The notes under the pieces: generated by a model
Databases searched by the model: none
The model's input: the letters and a program-made list of their open reading frames with translations, nothing else
Told to the model about the DNA's origin: nothing
In this document: positions 17,923-23,826 of the stretch, piece by piece
How positions within the stretch are numbered: position 1 is the stretch's first letter
Layout of the letters: every line of letters begins with the position of its first letter
Position numbers and translations under genes: made by a program
Assembly (NCBI RefSeq): GCF_001457595.1
Contig: NZ_LN831039.1
Location: 2,970,001-3,002,000, forward strand
DNA: 32,000 bases
Direction of reading: 5' to 3'
Source: Mycolicibacterium smegmatis
GTDB taxonomy: Bacteria; Actinomycetota; Actinomycetes; Mycobacteriales; Mycobacteriaceae

Positions 17923-18432
17923 GGTCTTGACCAGTTTGAACGGCATCGTGATGTAGACGGGCTTGTTCACGCCGCAGGCACCGCTCTCACCGGTGGTGAT
18001 GTCCTCACCCACCAGGGTCGTCGACTTCGGGTCGTTCATCGCGCCGTTGGGCGTCATCGGCTTGAACCGGAACACCTGAAGCCCGGGTGCGGCGGTGCCG
18101 TCCGGGCACGGAACCCAGTCGGGGATGGTGTGTTTGACGTACCAGATCCCGCTCTTCTGGTAGATCGGTGCGGTCCAGCCCCATTCGCTGTGCACCGTGC
18201 CGGTGCATTCACCGGGGTAGCTGCACTGCGTGCTGATGGTCCAGGTGCTGCGCAGGCTGGCCTGCTCGTAGAACACGTCGTTCTTGCGCGCCCACTCACC
18301 GTTGGAGGTCGCGACATACGTGCCGTTGAGGCCCCAGTCGTTCTCCGCCGCGGCCGGTGCGCTCGTCGCCACGCCGAAGCAGGTCGCGGCGGCGGTGGCC
18401 ATCACGATCGATACCCGGGATACACGCATCAT
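17920..18432 (-). CDS. Small secreted protein, four Cys; probable distant paralogue of 7214..7693
   Basis: 170 aa, SD GAGGAG 6 nt upstream of ATG 18432. The signal peptide is MMRVSRVSIVMATAAATCFGVATSAPAAA. The mature part has STWTISTQC-x6-C, VPC and GAC, and ends ITMPFKLVKT. Confidence 0.7.
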   Translation of the reverse strand: MMRVSRVSIVMATAAATCFGVATSAPAAAENDWGLNGTYVATSNGEWARKNDVFYEQASLRSTWTISTQCSYPGECTGTVHSEWGWTAPIYQKSGIWYVKHTIPDWVPCPDGTAAPGLQVFRFKPMTPNGAMNDPKSTTLVGEDITTGESGACGVNKPVYITMPFKLVKT

Positions 18433-18559
18433 CGCCTACTCCTCGTACGCGCTGGCCAGTCCAGATCGGACCGAACGCTAACAACGGGTGGCGGTGCCGG
18501 GCGGGGGAGCGCCCACTGAGCGGACGCGCGGATGGTATCGCCGATGTCGCCGTGTCACA

Positions 18560-18952
18560 GTGCTGCCCGTGCGATCGACTGTGGTGGCGGCGATGACCGT
18601 GCTGTCCGTCGTCTCGGCAGCAATGACGGCGGTGTCGGGTCAACCGGCGTACGCCGAGAGCTGTGACGAACCGTCCTGCGTTCCCGGCATCACACCGAAC
18701 GTGGTGCTGGGCGCGCCGTGCGCGGACACCGCCCGCCACGTCTTCGGCACGACCTCCTGGGGCCGGCTGGTCTTCTGCGGTTCACCGCGCCGGTACGAGC
18801 CGCGCTATTTCCGGTCGCCACAGATGGCCGGCGTCAAGGAGCCGGGGACGAGCTGTGCGGGCTACGAGCACTGGGTGGCACAGGCCCCCGACGGATTGTT
18901 CCTGAGCTGCCAGTCGCATGACGGGGCTCCGTTGTGGGAGAGGGGCAACTGA
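18560..18952 (+). CDS. Small secreted six-Cys protein, unknown function
   Basis: The ORF 18488..18952 is probably started at GTG 18560, giving VLPVRSTVVAAMTVLSVVSAAMTAVSGQPAYA as a signal peptide. The start is uncertain; alternatives are 18488, 18569, 18581 and 18593. The mature part ESCDEPSCVPG...APCAD...VFCGS...TSCAGY...LSCQS has 6 Cys. Confidence 0.55.
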   Translation: MLPVRSTVVAAMTVLSVVSAAMTAVSGQPAYAESCDEPSCVPGITPNVVLGAPCADTARHVFGTTSWGRLVFCGSPRRYEPRYFRSPQMAGVKEPGTSCAGYEHWVAQAPDGLFLSCQSHDGAPLWERGN

Positions 18953-19353
18953 TGCGCGTGGTGCTCGCGACCGGTTCGGTCGCCGCCGCGATATGCCTGC
19001 CGGTCCCGGCGCACGCTGATCCGGCGCCGCTTCACCAGGTCACGTACACGGTGACGGCCCAGACGCCGACCCGGGCCGACATCTACTACCGCGAGACCGA
19101 TCCGCCGAACTGGGCCGACTACAGCCACAATCCGTACGTCTTCAGCCCGAAGGCCGAGGTCGAGGTGGGACCAGGCGCGCCGTGGGTGCTGACCGTGCAG
19201 CTCGCCGATCCGGACCGGTGGGCGATGGTGTCGGCCACCAGCGGCAGAGGCCCCGCGACCCCGGCGTTCCACTGTGAGCTGGCGGTGGACGGAGTGGTGG
19301 TGGCGACCGGGGACGGGCCCAAGGGCGCGCTGTGCGCGGTCCGGCACTGGTAG
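18952..19353 (+). CDS. Secreted MmpS-like domain protein
   Basis: ATG 18952 shares one base with the upstream stop (TGATG). The signal or anchor is MRVVLATGSVAAAICLPVPAHA. The body VTYTVTAQTPTRADIYY...APWVLTVQL...FHCELAVDGVVVATGDGPKGALC follows the MmpS pattern (VTYEV.G...A.I.Y...LPW...C.I.VDG.V......C), recalled from MmpS4/5-type sequences. Confidence 0.6.
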   Translation: MRVVLATGSVAAAICLPVPAHADPAPLHQVTYTVTAQTPTRADIYYRETDPPNWADYSHNPYVFSPKAEVEVGPGAPWVLTVQLADPDRWAMVSATSGRGPATPAFHCELAVDGVVVATGDGPKGALCAVRHW

Positions 19354-19380
19354 TGCCGCGCGGCTGATATCCCGAGCGTG

Positions 19381-19423
19381 GGGCCCGTGCACAGAATCTG
19401 CCCGAAACGCGTGCACAGGGCCC
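19381..19423 (+). terminator. 12-bp GC-rich stem (one bulged A) with 18-nt loop downstream of the MmpS-like gene; candidate intrinsic terminator or protein-binding palindrome
   Basis: GGGCCCGTGCAC (19381-19392) pairs with GTGCAC-A-GGGCCC (19411-19423). It begins 28 nt after the stop at 19353. No U-tract, which is common for mycobacterial terminators. Confidence 0.4.
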
Positions 19424-19540
19424 ACGGTCGACGGATGTGCTCGGTGCCCACTGGGTGGGAGCCGCCGCATCGACGAGTGCTCGCCGGGGCTTACCGTGCC
19501 GCATCGGCCCGTGGGCTGATGCACTACGGAGGGAACGTTC

Positions 19541-20218
19541 TTGCTGAGCACGACTGAACGAGTGGGTACCGACGCGGACCTGCTCGCGGAGAAAGCCGAA
19601 GCCGAAGCGGCCGAGGCCGAATCGGCGGCCGCGGCGGCACGCGAACGCGCGTCACGGCTGCGGCAGCAGGCGGGTGTCACGGCAGCCGACCCGGCACCCG
19701 GCCGTCCGCGCCGTTTACGGGTGGGCCTGTCCCGGCCCCGGTGGACCACGGTGGCCGCGGCCGTCGCACTGCTGTGCACGGCCGCTCTGCTCACCGTCGG
19801 CGGATACCTCACCTGGGATCATCGGAAGACCGTTGACGACGAGCGCATGCGTGCCGAGTACACCGCGGCGGCGCGCCAGGTGGCCGTGAGCCTGATGTCG
19901 ATCGACCACAACAACGCCGACGGCGATGTGCAACGCATCATCGACAATTCCACCGGGGAGTTCCGCGACGAGTTCGCCCAGGCCTCCGAGGATTTCGTCA
20001 AGCTGGCCAAGGACGCCAAGGTCACCACCGAGGCCACGGCCACCGCCGCGGCCGTCGAATCCATGACCGATGATGCGGCCGTGGTGCTGGTGACGGTCTC
20101 GTCGACGGTCACCGACGCCGAGGGCGCCAAGGATGCGCCGCGGAACTGGCGCCTGAGCGTGGACCTGCGGCGCGACGGGGACCAGATCAAGATGGCGAAG
20201 GTGGAGTTCGTGCCATGA
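19541..20218 (+). CDS. Mce-associated membrane protein (Mas family)
   Basis: TTG start at 19541 with SD GGAGGGA 8 nt upstream. It has an Ala/Glu-rich N-terminus and a single TM (WTTVAAAVALLCTAALLTVGGYL). The C-terminal domain AARQVAVSLMSIDHNNADGDVQRIIDNSTGEFRDEF...WRLSVDLRRDGDQIKMAKVEFV is typical of Mas proteins that follow mce operons. Confidence 0.8.
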   Translation: MLSTTERVGTDADLLAEKAEAEAAEAESAAAAARERASRLRQQAGVTAADPAPGRPRRLRVGLSRPRWTTVAAAVALLCTAALLTVGGYLTWDHRKTVDDERMRAEYTAAARQVAVSLMSIDHNNADGDVQRIIDNSTGEFRDEFAQASEDFVKLAKDAKVTTEATATAAAVESMTDDAAVVLVTVSSTVTDAEGAKDAPRNWRLSVDLRRDGDQIKMAKVEFVP

Positions 20219-20814
20219 CGGTCGACGAGATGACAACTGCGAGCGACGTCGAGGTCGCTGTCGTGGCGGCTACTGAAGCCGGTGCTGAAGCCGGTACGGA
20301 CAGTCGGCTCAGGCGCGGCGCGCGCGCCTTCGGCGCGCACTGGCGGGCGATCGTCGTGGTGGGCCTGCTGGTGTCGTCGGCGGCACTGGTGACGGCGCTG
20401 TACCTCACGCAGTACCGCATCGACCGGCAGACCGATACGGCGGCCGTCGACGAGGTCGTCGCCGCCGCATCGAGCGGCACGGTCGCGCTGTTGTCCTACG
20501 CCCCGGACACACTGGAAGCGGATCTGGCCGGCGCACGGTCGAAGATGACCGGCGACTTCTTGACCTACTACGGGAAGTTCACCTCCGATGTGGTGGCGCC
20601 GGCGGTGCAGCAGAAGGGGATCACGGCCACCGCACAGATCGTGCGGGCGGGCATGATGGAGATCCGTCCCGATTCCGCGAAGGTCCTGGTGTTCCTCAAC
20701 CAGGAGACCTCCAGCAAGGAACGGCCCGACCCGTCGCTCACGGCCAGCAGCGTGGTGGTGAGCTTGACCAAAGTCGATGGGAACTGGCTGATCTCGGCGT
20801 TCGACCCGGTGTGA
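20215..20814 (+). CDS. Mce-associated membrane protein (Mas family)
   Basis: ATGA overlap with the previous gene. It has a TM (AIVVVGLLVSSAALVTALYL). The C-terminal domain reads ALLSYAPDTLEADLAGARSKMTGDFLTYYGKFTSDVVAPAVQQKGITATAQIV...VVVSLTKVDGNWLISAFDPV. Confidence 0.8.
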   Translation: MTVDEMTTASDVEVAVVAATEAGAEAGTDSRLRRGARAFGAHWRAIVVVGLLVSSAALVTALYLTQYRIDRQTDTAAVDEVVAAASSGTVALLSYAPDTLEADLAGARSKMTGDFLTYYGKFTSDVVAPAVQQKGITATAQIVRAGMMEIRPDSAKVLVFLNQETSSKERPDPSLTASSVVVSLTKVDGNWLISAFDPV

Positions 20815-21426
20815 TCAGCGGGCCGACCTGGGGCGGATGAAAACGCCTTCGGCCTGTGCGGTGACCTCGCCATCGGGTCCGAGAAGATGGCCCACGGCAA
20901 AGGTTTTCGAGCCCTCTTCCCGGTCGATCCACGCCTCGGCCCGCAGCGCACCCAGCCAGGTGGGTCGCACATAGCGGATCGTGAGCGTGCCGGTGAACGC
21001 CGTCTGGTGACGGTGATGCGCGGTGGCACCGAGCACGTGGTCGAGCACCAACGCACATACCCCACCGTGCACCTGACCGGGCGGTCCCTCGTACGGCGCG
21101 CCGAGCACCAGATCGGCTGTCGCGCGGCCGTCGGAATCCCGGTGTACATCCAGCGGCGGGGCGATGGCGTTGCGCACCCCGATGGCCACGTTGCCCCACG
21201 GCATGGGCCGACCCGCGGCGTCGCTGCGTATGCCGAACGAACCGGGTGCCACACGGGAGCCGAGCAGGGCCGCGGCTTCGTCGACGAGTCGATGCGCTCG
21301 GCGCACGGCGTCGTCGTCGGCCTCACTGCGGATCGTCAGGTCGACCAGCCGCCGAACGCTCTGTGTCAACGGTTCGTACAGCGCGCGAGCGTGTTCGGGG
21401 TCGGCAACCGAAATGGGATCGCTCAC
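20815..21426 (-). CDS. PaaI-family hotdog-fold thioesterase
   Basis: 203 aa. GPPGQVHGGVCALVLDHVLGATA is the PaaI/4HBT-type motif. GTG start 21426 overlaps the upstream kstD-like stop (GTGA). Its stop directly abuts the mas stop (TGATCA, 20812-20817). Confidence 0.8.
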   Translation of the reverse strand: MSDPISVADPEHARALYEPLTQSVRRLVDLTIRSEADDDAVRRAHRLVDEAAALLGSRVAPGSFGIRSDAAGRPMPWGNVAIGVRNAIAPPLDVHRDSDGRATADLVLGAPYEGPPGQVHGGVCALVLDHVLGATAHHRHQTAFTGTLTIRYVRPTWLGALRAEAWIDREEGSKTFAVGHLLGPDGEVTAQAEGVFIRPRSAR

Positions 21427-22991
21427 GCCGTGGTGCCTTCGGCCGCCATGTCGAGCGCCGCGAAGTGACTGAACAGCATCGACGCCCCGATCGGATTGCC
21501 GCCGCCGGGGTAGGTCGTACCGCTCACGGCAGCCATGGTGTTGCCCGCGGCGTACAGGCCCGGAATCGGCTCGCCGTCACGTCCGCGGACACGGGCGCGG
21601 GTGTCAGTGCGCAGACCGCCTTTCGTCCCGAGATCGGACAGTCCGAACGCGGCCGCATGGTAGGGCGGTGTGTCGATCGGAACCAGCGGCGAGGCCCCGC
21701 CGGTGAACACCCGGTCGTATGCCTCGTCGCCGCGGCCGAAGTCGTCGTCGTGGCCTGCGGTGGCCATCTCGTTGAAGCGCTGGATGGTGGCTTCGAGAGC
21801 GTCGGCGGGAACGCCGATCTCCTCTGCGAGGCCCGAGATCGTCTCTGCTGAACGCCACAGTCCCGCCGCGCGGTACTCGGCCGGATCGACCATCGAGACG
21901 TTGGTGGCGCCGACCGGCGGCACATCACCGGCCCGGCTGTCGTACACCATCCAGTACGGCAGCGTCAGGCGCCCGGATTCGAGTCGCTCGATCACCGCGC
22001 GGCCCAACCGGTCGTACGGTGCGGACTCGTTGACGAACCGCTTGCCGTCCTGGTCGACGAAGATGCCCCCGGTGAACCACAGCGCGAACGCGGAACGGCC
22101 GTCCGGGTGTGTCAGGCCCGGCGACCACCACGCCTGATCCATCAGGTCGACATCCGCACCCACCGCCATCGCCGCGCGGTGGGCCGCACCTGTGCTGCCC
22201 GGGCCGCCCATGGTGTCCGTCGCGCTGCCCGGCACCCCGTATCTGCCACGCATGTCGGCGTTCTGCTCGAACCCGCCCGACGCCAGCAGCACCCCGCGCC
22301 GGGCGCACACCCGTAGACGCTCACCGCCGCGTTCCACGATGGCGCCCACCACTCGGCCACTTTCGGTGATCAGTTCGGTCAGCGGGGCCTCACACCAGCA
22401 GTCGGCGTTCGGCAGCTTGTCCAGGGCGGCCAGGAACCGTCCGACCAGTGCGCGGCCGCCGATCAGCGTGTCGGGTGCGGGCGCGCCGAGGCGTTCGGTG
22501 TCGAGCGGACCGCGCACCAGACCCTGGTATGAGCCCAAAGCGCTGTCGGGCAGTGGTTTCGGGACGATGTGGCGGTACCCGTCGTTGCGGGCGCCCGGTA
22601 CCGAACCGTAGTAGTCCGGCCAGGGCAGCACGGCGAACTCGAAGCCGTGGTCCTGCTCGAGGTAGGCGATGAAGCCGGCCCCGCCGGTGACGTAGGCGTC
22701 CTGCAGTTCTTGGGGAGTCCGGTCGCCGACGACGGCGTGGAAGTACTTCAACGCCTCGTCGAGGGTGTCGTCGGTTCCGGCCCGTTCGAGCACCGGGTTG
22801 CAGGGAAACCACATGCCGCCACCACCGGAGAACGCCGTGGTGCCGCCGAACTTGTCGGTGGCCTCCACCAGCAGCACCGAAAGACCCTCCCGGGCAGCGG
22901 TATACGCACCGGCCACACCGCCACCGGAACCAGCCACCAACACATCGACCTCGACGTCGAACCGGCCGGACTCAGACCTTTGGTCGGGCAT
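21423..22991 (-). CDS. kstD: FAD-dependent 3-ketosteroid dehydrogenase-like flavoprotein (KstD family, FAD_binding_2)
   Basis: 522 aa. The N-terminal dinucleotide fold is VDVLVAGSGGGVAGAYTAAREGLSVLLVEATDKFGGTTAFSGGGGMWFP. The C-terminus is GLYAAGNTMAAVSGTTYPGGGNPIGASMLFSHFAA. SD GGAGGAG precedes ATG 22991. The symbol is by family resemblance only. Confidence 0.7.
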   Translation of the reverse strand: MPDQRSESGRFDVEVDVLVAGSGGGVAGAYTAAREGLSVLLVEATDKFGGTTAFSGGGGMWFPCNPVLERAGTDDTLDEALKYFHAVVGDRTPQELQDAYVTGGAGFIAYLEQDHGFEFAVLPWPDYYGSVPGARNDGYRHIVPKPLPDSALGSYQGLVRGPLDTERLGAPAPDTLIGGRALVGRFLAALDKLPNADCWCEAPLTELITESGRVVGAIVERGGERLRVCARRGVLLASGGFEQNADMRGRYGVPGSATDTMGGPGSTGAAHRAAMAVGADVDLMDQAWWSPGLTHPDGRSAFALWFTGGIFVDQDGKRFVNESAPYDRLGRAVIERLESGRLTLPYWMVYDSRAGDVPPVGATNVSMVDPAEYRAAGLWRSAETISGLAEEIGVPADALEATIQRFNEMATAGHDDDFGRGDEAYDRVFTGGASPLVPIDTPPYHAAAFGLSDLGTKGGLRTDTRARVRGRDGEPIPGLYAAGNTMAAVSGTTYPGGGNPIGASMLFSHFAALDMAAEGTTA

Positions 22992-22997
22992 GCTCCT

Positions 22998-23013
22998 CCT
23001 TCTTCGCAGAAGG
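22998..23013 (-). promoter_or_regulatory. 6-bp hairpin with GCGA (GNRA-type) loop overlapping the SD of the kstD-like gene
   Basis: The minus-strand RNA would read CCUUCU-GCGA-AGAAGG followed by AGGAGCAUG, so the 3' arm overlaps the SD (GAAGGAGGAG). The stem is weak (3 GC, 3 AU pairs). Confidence 0.2.
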
Positions 23014-23071
23014 TCAATGTTGCCTCCGGCGGGCGGCGGCGCAACGGGTTCTCCCGATGAGCGGTAGTGCC

Positions 23072-23094
23072 ACCACCCGTGGGGGTCGGGTGGT
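23072..23094. promoter_or_regulatory. Perfect 8-bp inverted repeat ACCACCCG-N7-CGGGTGGT 16 nt upstream of padR; candidate operator
   Basis: Read directly in the 118-bp divergent region between the kstD-like gene and padR. The dyad symmetry would suit a dimeric winged-helix regulator. No binding data are available. Confidence 0.3.
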
Positions 23095-23109
23095 TGTTAG
23101 CCTTGGCGA

Positions 23110-23805
23110 GTGACAGATGCCGCCGACACGCCGCTCGGTGAGCTGAACGTGTCGCCCACCGGATGGGCGTTGCTGGGCATGCTCTCCGGCGGTGACGAAC
23201 TGTCCGGTTACGACATCAAGAAGTGGATCAACTGGGCCATCCAGTTCTTCTACTCCAGCCCCGCGTACAGCCAGATCTATTCCGAACTGAAGCGACTGGA
23301 GCGGCTGGGCCTGGTGAGCTCGCGGGTCGACGCGGGCGCCCGCAGCCGGCGCATGTACAGGATCACCGACGCCGGACTGTCCGCCGTCACGCGGTGGGCC
23401 AACGAGGAGGCCGTCGAGCCGCCCACGCTCAAACACAACCCGGTGTTGCGGGTCATGCTGGGCCACTTGCTGAAACCGGGCCGACTGCGTGAGGTGCTCG
23501 CCGAGCACGCCGACTACGCCGACCGCATGCATCAGGCCGCCGCCACCGAGGCCCGCTGGACCGAGGACCAACCCGCCTGGTCGTACGCGGGACTGGCGCT
23601 GAGGTGGTCGGAGCGTTACTACGCCGCCGAACGCGAACTCGCGCTGCAGATGATCAAGGATCTCGACGCCGTCGAGGCACAGCTTGCCGACACGGGCGCG
23701 CAGAACATCGAGTTCCCGGTGCGCGAGTACTGGTACGAGGTCGAGCGGCGCATCGCGGCGGAGGAGACCGACGAGACACCGCCCGGCGCAGATCGGCCCG
23801 ACTGA
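23110..23805 (+). CDS. padR: PadR-family transcriptional regulator (long form with C-terminal dimerisation domain)
   Basis: GTG start. WALLGMLSGGDELSGYDIKKWINWAIQFFYSSPAYSQIYSELKRLERLGLVSSRVDAGARSRRMYRITDAGLSAV is a PadR winged helix. 231 aa. Confidence 0.85.
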   Translation: MTDAADTPLGELNVSPTGWALLGMLSGGDELSGYDIKKWINWAIQFFYSSPAYSQIYSELKRLERLGLVSSRVDAGARSRRMYRITDAGLSAVTRWANEEAVEPPTLKHNPVLRVMLGHLLKPGRLREVLAEHADYADRMHQAAATEARWTEDQPAWSYAGLALRWSERYYAAERELALQMIKDLDAVEAQLADTGAQNIEFPVREYWYEVERRIAAEETDETPPGADRPD

Positions 23806-23826
23806 GTTCCCCGGAGGGATCAGTCG
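23799..23826. terminator. Composite hairpin (7-bp CGACTGA/TCAGTCG plus inner 4-bp TCCC/GGGA, CGGA loop) carrying both convergent stop codons
   Basis: The TGA of padR (23803-23805) and the TGA of the minus-strand kstD-like gene (23820-23822) sit in opposite arms. There is a 2-nt bulge (23806-23807). Confidence 0.35.

Noticed and set aside
19594-19625. GCCGAA-type short tandem repeats at the 5' end of the first mas gene
   Set aside because: There are only two or three imperfect units, which encode the Ala/Glu-rich N-terminal segment (AEAEAAEAE). This is coding low complexity rather than a structured DNA repeat.
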